In this document: in pieces, positions 1 to 9,815 of the stretch
How the letters are laid out: the number at the start of each line of letters is the position of its first letter
Position numbering within the stretch: position 1 is the first letter of the stretch
DNA from: Acaryochloris marina S15
GTDB lineage: Bacteria; Cyanobacteriota; Cyanobacteriia; Thermosynechococcales; Thermosynechococcaceae
DNA: 32,000 bases
Assembly: GCF_018336915.1 (NCBI RefSeq)
Contig: NZ_CP064923.1
Location: forward strand, 5,640,001 to 5,672,000
Direction: 5' to 3'
Notes under the pieces: model-generated
What the model was told of the DNA's origin: nothing
The model's input: only the letters and a program-made list of their open reading frames with translations
The model's database searches: none
Translations under genes and position numbers: made by a program

Positions 1-113
1 TCGACGGAACTGATTGCTATGATCAGAACTACGGCTTGGCTTTTGGGAGGAAAATCTCGCAAAGTCAACCACTTACGGTTTGAACATTCAGCGTTGAAGG
101 ATATGGGTTGAGG

Positions 114-1592
114 ATGAAGATTCAGGCAATTGATACAGTAGCTGCAGACTGGTCAGGCGATTATTTAGGCATTGGTTTTTTTGAAGATTCCACAACAATA
201 GAGGCTTATTTAACTCAGCTAAACCAACCCCTCAGGGACGTCCTACAAGATCTAGTGAGTGAAACTGAATTTCAAGGCAAGGCTGGGGAACAGCCCTGGA
301 CCCGAATTGCAGGAAAAGGCTCTATCCGCAAAGTCATGCTCATTGGCCTTGGCTCCCAAGAAACGTTCACATTAGATAGTCTTCGCCAAGCCGCCGCCAC
401 CTTTGCCAAAGCAGCCCAAAAGCAAAAAGCGGCCTCTGCAGGCTTGCAGTTACCCCTTTGGAACGACGATGCTGCAGCCTCGACCCAAGCCACGGCAGAA
501 GGCATTGAACTTGCGTTGCATCAAGATATTCGCTTTAAGTCTGATCCAGAAGCCCAAAAGTCTGGGGAATACCCTCACGACATCAACCTGTTAGGTTTGG
601 CCAATCAAGCTGCCGCCATTGAGACAGCCCAGCAGATTTGTACAGGGGTCCTGCTGACCCGTGAACTCGTGGCAGCCCCAGCCAATGTCGTCACCCCCAG
701 TGCTTTAGCAGAAACCGCAGCCCAAATCGCCGCCGACCACGGCCTGACCCTAGAGGTTTTAGAACGAGAAGAATGCGAAGCTCAGGGCATGGGAGCTTTT
801 CTGGGTGTTTCTCTCGCTTCTGACTTGCCGCCCAAATTCATCCACCTGACCTACAAGCCCAGTGGCACCCCTCGCCGCAAGCTGGCAATTGTGGGTAAAG
901 GCGTCACCTTTGACTCCGGCGGCCTCAATCTCAAGGTCGGGGGCAGCGGCATTGAAACTATGAAAATGGATATGGCGGGTTCTGGTGCTACTTTGGGAGC
1001 TGCCAAAGCGATTGGCCAACTAAAACCCGATGTTGAAGTTCATTTCATCGTCGCAGCTGCCGAAAACATGATTAGTGGTCATGCCCTCCGTCCCGGCGAT
1101 ATTTTGACGGCATCTAATGGCAAAACCATCGAGATCAACAATACAGATGCTGAAGGACGGCTCACCCTAGCCGATGCCTTGGTCTTTGCCGAAAAACAAG
1201 GCGTCGATGCCATCGTTGACTTGGCCACCTTGACCGGAGCCTGTATCGTCGCCTTAGGCCATGACATTGCCGGCATGTGGACCCCAGAAGACAGCTTGGC
1301 AGAAGAGCTGACCCAAGCATCTGACCAGGCAGGAGAGAAGTTTTGGCGAATGCCCCTAGAGGAAAAGTACTTTGAGGGACTAAAATCTCCCATCGCCGAT
1401 ATGAAAAACACGGGTCCTCGTCCTGGTGGCTCGATTACAGCCGCTTTATTCCTCAAACAATATATTGAGAAAACCCCTTGGGCGCACTTAGATGTGGCAG
1501 GCCCAGTCTGGACTGAGAAAGAAAATGGCTATCTCAATGTGGGTGCTACGGGTTTTGCCGTGCGAACCCTGGTCAATTGGGTAATGGGGTAA
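114..1592 (+). CDS. pepA: Leucyl aminopeptidase, M17 family
   Basis: 494-aa ORF (TTG at 108; ATG at 114 preferred). M17 signatures [20 protein letters not shown] and [14 protein letters not shown]. Confidence 0.95.
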   Translation: MKIQAIDTVAADWSGDYLGIGFFEDSTTIEAYLTQLNQPLRDVLQDLVSETEFQGKAGEQPWTRIAGKGSIRKVMLIGLGSQETFTLDSLRQAAATFAKAAQKQKAASAGLQLPLWNDDAAASTQATAEGIELALHQDIRFKSDPEAQKSGEYPHDINLLGLANQAAAIETAQQICTGVLLTRELVAAPANVVTPSALAETAAQIAADHGLTLEVLEREECEAQGMGAFLGVSLASDLPPKFIHLTYKPSGTPRRKLAIVGKGVTFDSGGLNLKVGGSGIETMKMDMAGSGATLGAAKAIGQLKPDVEVHFIVAAAENMISGHALRPGDILTASNGKTIEINNTDAEGRLTLADALVFAEKQGVDAIVDLATLTGACIVALGHDIAGMWTPEDSLAEELTQASDQAGEKFWRMPLEEKYFEGLKSPIADMKNTGPRPGGSITAALFLKQYIEKTPWAHLDVAGPVWTEKENGYLNVGATGFAVRTLVNWVMG

Positions 1593-1950
1593 TCAGTGGA
1601 TTGTCCTATGGATTGATGCCTACTAAGGCAGCATCAATACCCGCCTGAAGCAGCATCCTGGACAGGTTTCATCAGCTGACGCATCCTAGATCTAAAATAT
1701 CGACTGATGAGGGTTAGCGAATGCAACCTGTCCAGCGTAAAAATCACGATACAGCTTGTGCCTGTCAGGCGCCATAACGCCCTGTATAGAAGGAGTGTTG
1801 ACATGAGATACATCCAACCATAGCCTAGATATTTCTCTGATAAAGACGGCCTGTAAAGGCTCTCAGCGCGCTCTGAATGATGAGCAAACTTTTCACAGCG
1901 TACAACTATGTAATGCTCTTAGCGTCTACCCATCTCTAACCTATTTTTTT

Positions 1951-2613
1951 ATGAGTGATTCCATCCTTACCCCAGAACAGCTCCTTCACCAACTGAAATG
2001 GCGCTACGCCACCAAACAATTTGACCCAGCCCAACAAATACCCGCAGCCACTTGGGATGCCCTCGAGCAAAGTTTGGTCCTCACCCCTTCTTCATTTGGA
2101 CTACAACCCTGGAAATTTTTTGTGGTCCACAACCCGCAAATCCGCCAGCAGCTAGTGGAATATTCTTTTGGCCAGACTCAAGTGGTTGATGCGTCCCACC
2201 TAGTTGTGCTCGCCATTAAAAAATCAGCCAATGCAGACGATGTGGATCGCTACATCCACAGAACAGCGGAAGTTCGCCAAGTTGAGGCGGAAACCTTAAC
2301 AGGATTTGCCAACGTCATCAAAAACTTTTTAGCCAATCCCAATAACCCTGACTTCGATGCGGATAATTGGGCAACCCGGCAAGTCTATATTGCTTTAGGC
2401 CAATTAATGACCAGCGCCGCAGTACTGGGTATTGATACTTGCCCCATGGAAGGCATTATTCCTGCCAAATATGATGAAGCCCTAGGCCTTACTGAGACTG
2501 AATACCGCACAGTCCTAGCCTGTCCTGTGGGATATCGTCATGCCGAAGATAAATATGCCACTCTCCCTAAAGTCAGGTACAAGCAAGAAGAGATCGTGGT
2601 CCATATTTCTTAA
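1951..2613 (+). CDS. Nitroreductase-family NAD(P)H oxidoreductase
   Basis: 220-aa ORF. N-terminal RYATKQFDP and QPWKFFVV blocks are typical of the nitroreductase fold, and the length fits. Confidence 0.8.
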   Translation: MSDSILTPEQLLHQLKWRYATKQFDPAQQIPAATWDALEQSLVLTPSSFGLQPWKFFVVHNPQIRQQLVEYSFGQTQVVDASHLVVLAIKKSANADDVDRYIHRTAEVRQVEAETLTGFANVIKNFLANPNNPDFDADNWATRQVYIALGQLMTSAAVLGIDTCPMEGIIPAKYDEALGLTETEYRTVLACPVGYRHAEDKYATLPKVRYKQEEIVVHIS

Positions 2614-2725
2614 GGCATAGCTTGTTTAGAGGCAAGATTTGATCTAGAGATCTCATCGTTCCAGTCTATTCAACCCGCAAATCTGTCTAGACTAAGATGA
2701 GAAAAACATCTATGGGTGTTTCGCC

Positions 2726-2959
2726 ATGGCCTTAGAACCCTGTCAAGTTTGTGGTGCTTTAAATAGTACTGAAGCAGAAATTTGCCTCAGTTGCGAATTT
2801 CCAACCAAAGGGCGTCGTCGTCCTGCTATTTTCCAATGGGCTGCGATTGGCTTATTTGTGCTGTTCACGATTCCCTTAATCATGACCGTGATGCATCAGT
2901 TTAAATCCAAGCCCCAGACGCCATCCCCCCAGCCTGTCTCTCTTCACCTCCCTCGATAA
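2726..2959 (+). CDS. Small membrane protein with N-terminal zinc-ribbon (CxxC...CxxC) and Pro-rich tail
   Basis: 77-aa ORF with CQVCG...CLSCEF followed by one hydrophobic helix (AAIGLFVLFTIPLIMTV). It ends 3 nt before the protease gene on the same strand. Confidence 0.5.
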   Translation: MALEPCQVCGALNSTEAEICLSCEFPTKGRRRPAIFQWAAIGLFVLFTIPLIMTVMHQFKSKPQTPSPQPVSLHLPR

Positions 2960-2962
2960 CGC

Positions 2963-4138
2963 TTGATGATGACCCACCTGAAATTACCCCGTCGCCGCCT
3001 GTTACAAATGGCAGGTGGCATAGCATTGACACTACTGTGGCCGCACCAGGCCTATGGCCAAACTGGACGACAGGTACGAGATATTGCCAAAGCCGTAACG
3101 GTCTTGGTTTCCCCCCAAAGCAGTTCCGGGTCAGGGGTCTTGATCAAGCAGGAAGGCAGCAGCTACTACGTACTCACGGCTAAGCATGTCATAGAGTCTA
3201 CTGGTGCGGGGGAAGAGGCGGATGTGATCACTGCCGATGGCCAATCTCATGCCGTTAATACTCAGGCTATCTTGTACCTATCAGGGGTCGATTTAGCCCT
3301 GATTCGATTCGATAGTGATCGCAACTATCCGGTCGCCACCCTGGGTAACTCGGAATCCATCACCGAAACGGATACCATTTACATCGCTGGATTTCCCCTA
3401 CCGGGCCAAGCCATCACTTCATCCACCTTCACGATTACGAAGGGAGCCATCACTGGCAAAGGTCAATACCAACGGGGATACGGTCTAATTTACGACAACG
3501 TCACCCAACCGGGCATGAGTGGTGGCCCTATTCTTAGTGAAACTGGACAAGTGATTGGCATTCACGGCTTAGCAGAGGGTGAACGCGTGCAAGGAGTAGC
3601 TGTCAAGGCAGGCTTGAACTTAGGCGTACCCATCAATACGATTCTGGACCTTACACCCCTGGCCCTTAAACCAACTCCTCTGGCGGCTTCATCTCCCCCA
3701 TCTTCAGCCCCTGTAGCCTCCGCAAGTGGAGCAGAACAAACCTTTCGCGCTTTTCTAGATCAGCATTATGCAGCGATGGCCCCTTTAATCGAAACGCGGG
3801 ATGCCGCTCGGCTATTTAACTATATGCCGATCGATAAGGAACGCTTTCGCTACAGGCAGCATACTGGATTGGTCCAAAACTACAACGATCGGGTTGCTGG
3901 AGCTTCAGCGTTTTTCTCCAAAAAACCAGCCAGACAAAAATGGAAACTCTCTTACGAAATCACTGATTTACAAATGCCCACGGCGGATCAAGCCATTGTC
4001 TCTCACATCGAAACGGTAAAATGGTCCAATTGGCCAGGCTTACTACGAGGGGTATTCCGCCGCCGTGAAACCACCTCTTGGGAGCGTATCAACGGCCAAT
4101 GGAAAATTGTCTCGGTGGAAGAAGGTGAAAGGCTATAG
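2963..4138 (+). CDS. Secreted trypsin-like (S1) serine protease fused to a C-terminal NTF2/SnoaL-like domain
   Basis: Catalytic triad contexts LTAKHV, VDLALIRF and GMSGGPIL. The N-terminus PRRRLLQMAGGIALTLL resembles a Tat/Sec signal. The C-terminal ~140 aa resemble NTF2-like/DUF4440 (WERINGQWKIVSVEE). Confidence 0.85.
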   Translation: MMMTHLKLPRRRLLQMAGGIALTLLWPHQAYGQTGRQVRDIAKAVTVLVSPQSSSGSGVLIKQEGSSYYVLTAKHVIESTGAGEEADVITADGQSHAVNTQAILYLSGVDLALIRFDSDRNYPVATLGNSESITETDTIYIAGFPLPGQAITSSTFTITKGAITGKGQYQRGYGLIYDNVTQPGMSGGPILSETGQVIGIHGLAEGERVQGVAVKAGLNLGVPINTILDLTPLALKPTPLAASSPPSSAPVASASGAEQTFRAFLDQHYAAMAPLIETRDAARLFNYMPIDKERFRYRQHTGLVQNYNDRVAGASAFFSKKPARQKWKLSYEITDLQMPTADQAIVSHIETVKWSNWPGLLRGVFRRRETTSWERINGQWKIVSVEEGERL

Positions 4139-4549
4139 ATTGAGCCATTTTTCAAACTTTCCCAACATCTTCCGCAATGACTTCATCTCGACCAATTTAT
4201 ACGCTTTAGCGACAGAGACCACTCGTCGTTCTCGCTCATGGTCTTCTTGCCATCGGCCATGAAGCTGGGTCACCACCAAAGGAAACACCTGCACAGTACA
4301 GGTACTTCCCCATTTTTGATGAGCATAGGTGCCGAGCGGTTCTGTGGCAATCAAACCTTCAATCCCCGCTTCTTCCCATGCCTCTTTTGCTGCCGAATCC
4401 CAGGCCGTTAGATCCGGTTCAATTTCTCCTTTAGGAATAATCCATCGACCTCGCTTACGGGATGTAATTAAGACCACCTTCAAACCATCCGGCTGAATGA
4501 GGTAAGGCAAGGCAGCAGAGTGCTGATAGAGCCCATCAACTGGTTTCAT
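4133..4549 (-). CDS. NUDIX hydrolase
   Basis: 138-aa ORF with a Nudix box GEIEPDLTAWDSAAKEAWEEAGIEG. Confidence 0.85.
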   Translation of the reverse strand: MKPVDGLYQHSAALPYLIQPDGLKVVLITSRKRGRWIIPKGEIEPDLTAWDSAAKEAWEEAGIEGLIATEPLGTYAHQKWGSTCTVQVFPLVVTQLHGRWQEDHERERRVVSVAKAYKLVEMKSLRKMLGKFEKWLNL

Positions 4550-4628
4550 AACAGGTCACTCAAACGTTATAGGGGCGATCAACCGCTGTCTAAGAGAGTA
4601 GCGAGATCTATCCCCTTTGCCAACTCTT

Positions 4629-6374
4629 TCACCAATCTTTCAGACCGTTAGTCATCTTTTCTTGCAGCAGCTCCACTGCCACTTGCCCATCGACCGGTTT
4701 AGAGAATAAATGCCCCTGAGCTTCTTGGCATCCCATATCCAGTAAAAAGCGTCGCTGTACAGGGGTTTCAACTCCTTCAGCCGTCACATTTAACCCCAGG
4801 TCATGGGCTAACTCAATAATGGAGCGCACCAGATCGAGATTATCCACATCCATCCGTTTAATAAAGGACCGATCAATCTTCAAAGTATCCACCGGTAATC
4901 GCTGCAAATACTGCAGCGACGCATAGCCTGTTCCAAAATCATCAATACAGAGGCTGACGCCCATATTTTTAAGCTGATGGAGGGTATCGATCGCCGCTTG
5001 GTCCCGACTAAACAGCACACTCTCAGTAATTTCAATCATGAGCTGTTGCGGAGAAATACGAGTTTCCAGCAACACTTGCCTGACTTGAGATGCTAAATCC
5101 GGCTGATCGAATTGCTTAGCCGAAAAATTGACACTAATCGATAGAGGTTCTTCGGTAAATCTGCGCCACTGCTGAATGCGGAAACAGGCCTCTTTTAACA
5201 TCCACTGATCGATCTCAAAAATCAGGCCCGTTTCTTCAGCAATCGGAATAAACTCTAAAGGAGGAACCATGCCCATCTTGGGATGCATCCATCGGACTAA
5301 GGCCTCAAATCCAATAATTCTTTGATCGGCTAAACACACAATCGGCTGAAAAAACAAGTTCAGTTCTTGCTCACGCAGTGCCCGCTTCAGATCATTTTCC
5401 AGCTGCAACAGTCGAACCGCTCGCGCATGCATGGTGGGATCAAATACCACATAATTAGCTCGCCCCAGCCCTTTGGCAGAACTGACCGCTGTATTAGCAT
5501 CGCGCAGTAAATCTTCAGCCCGGTCATACTCCATCAGAGTTAAGGCAATCCCGACACTGGCCGTAATAAATAACTCTTGCCCACTCAACCGAAAAGGGGT
5601 TTGAAACTCTGCCGAAATTTGGTTGGCAGCCAATATTGCTGTGCTCGTCGCATCAATTTCATCCAACAGAATAATGAATTCATCGCCACTCAACCGGGCA
5701 AAGACATCAAATTCACCCAAGCAATTTTTCAGGCGCCAAGCAATGGAAATAAGGAGCTGATCACCGGCCAAACGGCCAAAACTGTCATTAATACTTTGAA
5801 AACGGTCAATATTGACGATTAAGAGCGCAAAATGATAGCTTTTTTTGCGCTTAGATCGTTCAAAAGCATGGGCCAACTGAATCAGAAAATAGGTTTGATT
5901 CGGCAGTCCCGTCAAGGCATCATAAAACGTCGTTTTGAGAATGCTTTCGCTGGTTTGTTTGCGCTCTTCAATAAAATCTAAAGTGCTTTCCCGTGCTTTT
6001 TGAATAAAGGATAGGAGTTCAATATATTCTCCCTCTGCAGCCTTAACGAGGAGAATTTTCTGAGATCCCAAATTTAGGGCTGCCGCCTCCAAATGAATCT
6101 CCTGATCTTGGCGATCGGCTTCACACCACATGCCCGACTTATACTGCCCTGGCTGATTGTCATGCCAAAACTCCACCGCATCTACTAGAAAATTAGCTAG
6201 AAAAGGCAAGGTCTTTTCAATCCAAGCCATATCTACGGTGAGTTGAACTTGAGGATAGAGCTGGGTAAACCAAGAAGGCGCCGTTCCTACAATTGTTAAG
6301 GAATGCTCATCAACCCGCTCTAAAATCAAAATATCTAAAGCAGAGAGTACATTTGCAGGAAGCGATGCCGTCAT
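4629..6374 (-). CDS. Sensor-GGDEF-EAL protein (c-di-GMP cyclase/phosphodiesterase)
   Basis: GGDEF domain with an SGDEF A-site (ARLSGDEFIILL) and no RxxD I-site. The EAL domain has all key blocks: EALVRW, IEITES, DDFGTGYASL, KIDRSF, AEGVET, QGHLFSKP. The ~150-aa N-terminal domain is unassigned. Confidence 0.9.
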   Translation of the reverse strand: MTASLPANVLSALDILILERVDEHSLTIVGTAPSWFTQLYPQVQLTVDMAWIEKTLPFLANFLVDAVEFWHDNQPGQYKSGMWCEADRQDQEIHLEAAALNLGSQKILLVKAAEGEYIELLSFIQKARESTLDFIEERKQTSESILKTTFYDALTGLPNQTYFLIQLAHAFERSKRKKSYHFALLIVNIDRFQSINDSFGRLAGDQLLISIAWRLKNCLGEFDVFARLSGDEFIILLDEIDATSTAILAANQISAEFQTPFRLSGQELFITASVGIALTLMEYDRAEDLLRDANTAVSSAKGLGRANYVVFDPTMHARAVRLLQLENDLKRALREQELNLFFQPIVCLADQRIIGFEALVRWMHPKMGMVPPLEFIPIAEETGLIFEIDQWMLKEACFRIQQWRRFTEEPLSISVNFSAKQFDQPDLASQVRQVLLETRISPQQLMIEITESVLFSRDQAAIDTLHQLKNMGVSLCIDDFGTGYASLQYLQRLPVDTLKIDRSFIKRMDVDNLDLVRSIIELAHDLGLNVTAEGVETPVQRRFLLDMGCQEAQGHLFSKPVDGQVAVELLQEKMTNGLKDW

Positions 6375-7372
6375 TGCATTGGGTGATAAGAATATAAGCT
6401 AGGGGCGTCAGTCATAGAATTCCCAGCAAGAGATGCCGGTCGAAAAGACTTCTGCCTTTTATCTAGCCCATCAAAGGTCAGTTTGTCGATGATCAAGGTC
6501 TTACTTTCAGAATTTTCATTTAAATTCACAGCAACATCCATAGGCTGTCCCATCACCGTTAAGGTTTTGCCAAATCCGACTTGCAGCAGGCCGATCGTGA
6601 CAATCCCTGTCGTCACCACTAGGGCACATTGGGCCGATGGGCCAATGGGGGGTTGACGATCTTCAAATAATTGGAGGATACGCACACTCGCGTCTATCGC
6701 CTGCATCGAGGAGCTACGGGTAGACGGCAACACTCCAAACACAGCCACAATAGAATTACCAATACTTTGATGAATCAAACCGCCTTCATCCAGAATGGAG
6801 GGTGAAATTGCTGACAAGTATGCATCCAATATTTTCAGCGGGTTCGAAGCAGCAATATTATCATCAAGACCCTCAATATTACAACATTTCACAACTAGAA
6901 TACTGAGAGATTTTTGCTCCCCTGCAGGCCGAATATCAAGGAAGTTTTCGGCCACGATCTCTGACTGTATTAAGTGGCCTAGAGAGCGAGCATGTTTTCG
7001 CCTCAATAGACTAAGATCATTGACCTTTTGTTGAATGAGAACATGCTCTTCATTTTCAGAAGTCGCATCAAATAGGATGACCCAATCATGCTGGTTGTCG
7101 ACAAAGAGATGCACTTCAGCAATAACATCTTCGTCTAGCTGCATAAATGGAATATGCATGGCCGCTTCTTGCAACGGCAATAAGCCTGCCAAAAAGAAAA
7201 TTTGATCATCAATAGACTGGTTTAGCTCTAAAAGAGCCAAACCATACCGCTCGCAAGCACCACCAAAAGCCAGTAATTTGCCAGTTTTAGTGACTTGTAG
7301 ATAAGCTGGAAAGCGATCTCGAACGACTGTAGAACAAAGAAATGTCACAATCGGTTGTGGGAGATTTAACAT
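6371..7372 (-). CDS. Sensor domain plus degenerate class-III nucleotidyl cyclase homology domain (predicted inactive)
   Basis: The C-terminal half aligns by eye to the CHD pattern (LSILVVKCCNIEGL / GGLIHQSIGNSIVAVFG / TLTVMGQPMDVAVNLNE). Both metal-binding Asp residues and the Asn/Arg transition-state residues are replaced. ATGA overlap with the GGDEF-EAL gene. Confidence 0.7.
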   Translation of the reverse strand: MLNLPQPIVTFLCSTVVRDRFPAYLQVTKTGKLLAFGGACERYGLALLELNQSIDDQIFFLAGLLPLQEAAMHIPFMQLDEDVIAEVHLFVDNQHDWVILFDATSENEEHVLIQQKVNDLSLLRRKHARSLGHLIQSEIVAENFLDIRPAGEQKSLSILVVKCCNIEGLDDNIAASNPLKILDAYLSAISPSILDEGGLIHQSIGNSIVAVFGVLPSTRSSSMQAIDASVRILQLFEDRQPPIGPSAQCALVVTTGIVTIGLLQVGFGKTLTVMGQPMDVAVNLNENSESKTLIIDKLTFDGLDKRQKSFRPASLAGNSMTDAPSLYSYHPMQ

Positions 7373-7378
7373 GGGTAA

Positions 7379-7870
7379 CTAAATCATCATTTGCGCCAAT
7401 TTTATAAAGCACTCTTCTACCCCCAATCCAGTCCTTGCACTCCCCAAACAGTATGTCCATTGCCGCTGGGATAATTCTTCGAGATCTTCCTCTCCGATTT
7501 CCCAGTCTTGGCTTAGATCATACTTATTGAAAATCGTAATAAATGGCACTTTGCCAATGGTGTCTTCCACTTTGGTTTGTAATTGGAAGACTGTTCCTAA
7601 TGTATCTCGCCGAGTACCATCCACCACCAAAATATAGGCGGCGGATCCTCGCAAGTAAGACATTCTAATTTTTTGGAATTCATCTTCACCATGAATGTCC
7701 CATAGGATTAAATTTAAGTCTTGATCCGCAACGGTTACGCTTTTTTTATCGATTTTGACGCCAACAGTCGTTTGATATTTATCAGAATAAATGCCTTGAA
7801 CATATCGAGCGACAAGGCTCGTTTTCCCAGTCGCAAACGCACCGACCATACAAATCTTTTTTTGGAGCAT
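7379..7870 (-). CDS. Ras/Rab-like small GTPase
   Basis: 163 aa. G1 GAFATGKT, switch I TTVGV, G3 WDIHGED, G4 NKYD, G5 SAR. Confidence 0.85.
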   Translation of the reverse strand: MLQKKICMVGAFATGKTSLVARYVQGIYSDKYQTTVGVKIDKKSVTVADQDLNLILWDIHGEDEFQKIRMSYLRGSAAYILVVDGTRRDTLGTVFQLQTKVEDTIGKVPFITIFNKYDLSQDWEIGEEDLEELSQRQWTYCLGSARTGLGVEECFIKLAQMMI

Positions 7871-7876
7871 AAGCTA

Positions 7877-9631
7877 TTAATCAGCGTCCGATGGATTAAC
7901 AAAAATAACTTTAAACGTGACCTTGCGATTGGATTTAGAGATCTTAGCCGATTCTGAATTTGCGACTTCAGGAGGCTCAATACTCACTGCCTGTAACTGA
8001 CTTTTCTCAATTCCCTGCTTGGATAGCAAAGAAATGATGGCTTTAGCACGGGTCTCCCGTACATAAAGATTAATCAATTCAGACCCACTGGTATCGGTAT
8101 GTCCTTCAACCAAAACAGCAACGGTTTGGTTAATGGTTTTTGCTGTTTTAGTCAATTTTTTAATTTCTGCCACCAGAATTTTCAATTTGGCATCTTGCTT
8201 AGGCACCAACTGAGCATTTTGGGTAAATAAGAGGGTTTGAGCCTCAATTTTGGTCTTAATACTGGTCAGTACTCCCGCTTCAACTGGAATGACCTCTTGG
8301 GTATTGAAACGGGTGACATTAGGCAGTCGCACGGCTAACTGATTCGCCTGGGTTATCCAGGCTTGAGGGGCTGTCCCCGTCGCTTCAACAGCGCCATTGG
8401 CATCGACGTCTAGGGCAACTGTTTCAGGAGGCTGCAGCAGCGATTTCACTCTGGATTTCACAAATGCAGTATCGAAGGATAGATAGGGCTCCCAATGAAA
8501 ATCAATCTTGTCTGGATCGAGCTCGGTGGTTGAGATCAGGTCGGTTGGCTCAGGTGCTAGGGGATCTTTCAAGCCGGATATCACATATTTGCCGTCTTTT
8601 TTGGCAGTTTGCATCACGACGATGCCAGACTCTTGATTCAGTTGATCGACAAAGCTCCGTACTTGATTACGCTCATGGTTAGACCACATGCCCCATGCCC
8701 CTAATCCCAGAATGAGAATCCCTGCTGCTCCACCAATCCACTTCAAGGGAGACGATTTTTTCTGTTTCGTTTGATATTGGGACTGCAAACATTCTTCTAG
8801 ATAAGGCTGGCTGGGTTCAAAGGCACTGCTATCTCCTTGAAACTCGTGCAGCTGGCTTTCTTGGACTAGGTGAATTCGTTCTAGGGCATTTTCCATCGTT
8901 TGCCGCAGTTTTCCAGGAGGATTTCCCCGAATAACGCAGGCAATAATAGCTTGGGGACCTTCATTGACCCAAATCGTTAACTCTCCTACCTGCAGGCTTC
9001 CTAAGGTATCGTCACTCACACTAAAAGAGTCACGAACAAAGTCTTGAATCGCCGTAAACATAGCAGAGACCAAGTCTGCATCTTGAGCTGCAGCCGTTGG
9101 TGCTGCTAGATGCTGCAGCACCAAGCCCGAGTTTTTGTGAATCAGAAAAACCTGTTCGACCTGATAGACCAGGGTGCGCAACAATAGCACTTCCGCAAAA
9201 GATTTGCCTGTACGCCAGGCTTCAAACCGCCAACCTAAGCTTTGGGGAGAAAGGCTATGTTCGAGCCCTTGGTTCAGGGAGTCGGTTAAATTCTGTATGG
9301 CCACTGCGATCGCTTTTCGTATCGCCGGACCCATGATGGGAAAAAGGGCCTCAGACAAGATATTTTGATCGGTATTAACCGAAGATTTAATCGCCTGTTC
9401 TACCGTAGGCACCACCGCTTTAGAGACCGTTTTGTCCCCTGTCTCTAGGGTCAGTTGAATCGCTTGGGGCAACACTCGACTGACATCTTCCGAGCGGAGT
9501 TTGGTGTTCTCAAACTGATCTTTTAGATCAGGGCCAATCAGTAAGTTTCTGAGCTCATTCAACTCACTAGCCTGGGATATCTCTTTAGGGTGAGAGTTCC
9601 CACGATTTACGTTAGAAGATAAGTCACTCAT
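7877..9631 (-). CDS. Transmembrane protein: cytoplasmic Roadblock/LC7-like segment, one TM helix, periplasmic OmpA_C peptidoglycan-binding domain
   Basis: OmpA_C block VEGHTDTSGSELINLYVRETRAKAIISLL...NRKVTFKV. TM helix WIGGAAGILILGLGAWGMW. The Roadblock-like call rests on the pattern VFLIHKNSGLVLQHLAA..DADLVSAMFTAIQDFVRDSF..IIACVIRG, read by eye only. Confidence 0.8.
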   Translation of the reverse strand: MSDLSSNVNRGNSHPKEISQASELNELRNLLIGPDLKDQFENTKLRSEDVSRVLPQAIQLTLETGDKTVSKAVVPTVEQAIKSSVNTDQNILSEALFPIMGPAIRKAIAVAIQNLTDSLNQGLEHSLSPQSLGWRFEAWRTGKSFAEVLLLRTLVYQVEQVFLIHKNSGLVLQHLAAPTAAAQDADLVSAMFTAIQDFVRDSFSVSDDTLGSLQVGELTIWVNEGPQAIIACVIRGNPPGKLRQTMENALERIHLVQESQLHEFQGDSSAFEPSQPYLEECLQSQYQTKQKKSSPLKWIGGAAGILILGLGAWGMWSNHERNQVRSFVDQLNQESGIVVMQTAKKDGKYVISGLKDPLAPEPTDLISTTELDPDKIDFHWEPYLSFDTAFVKSRVKSLLQPPETVALDVDANGAVEATGTAPQAWITQANQLAVRLPNVTRFNTQEVIPVEAGVLTSIKTKIEAQTLLFTQNAQLVPKQDAKLKILVAEIKKLTKTAKTINQTVAVLVEGHTDTSGSELINLYVRETRAKAIISLLSKQGIEKSQLQAVSIEPPEVANSESAKISKSNRKVTFKVIFVNPSDAD

Positions 9632-9815
9632 GAAACATCAGGCTGCAATGATTTGATCCGGCAATATCTCAAGCAATCTACTATCGCTGTAGATATTGCC
9701 ATAGTAAAGGTCATGATGGTAATCGGCTTGAAGTTTTATTGCGCATAGCCCAATCCAATGTGACTCGCTAATGATGCAAATTTTGCCACGAGTGAACACT
9801 GGTATGAATTGAAGC

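Noticed and set aside
5650-5700. SGDEF instead of GGDEF, read as a sign of an inactive cyclase
   Set aside because: Ser at the first position is tolerated in some active diguanylate cyclases, so inactivity cannot be called from sequence. The EAL half looks fully competent.
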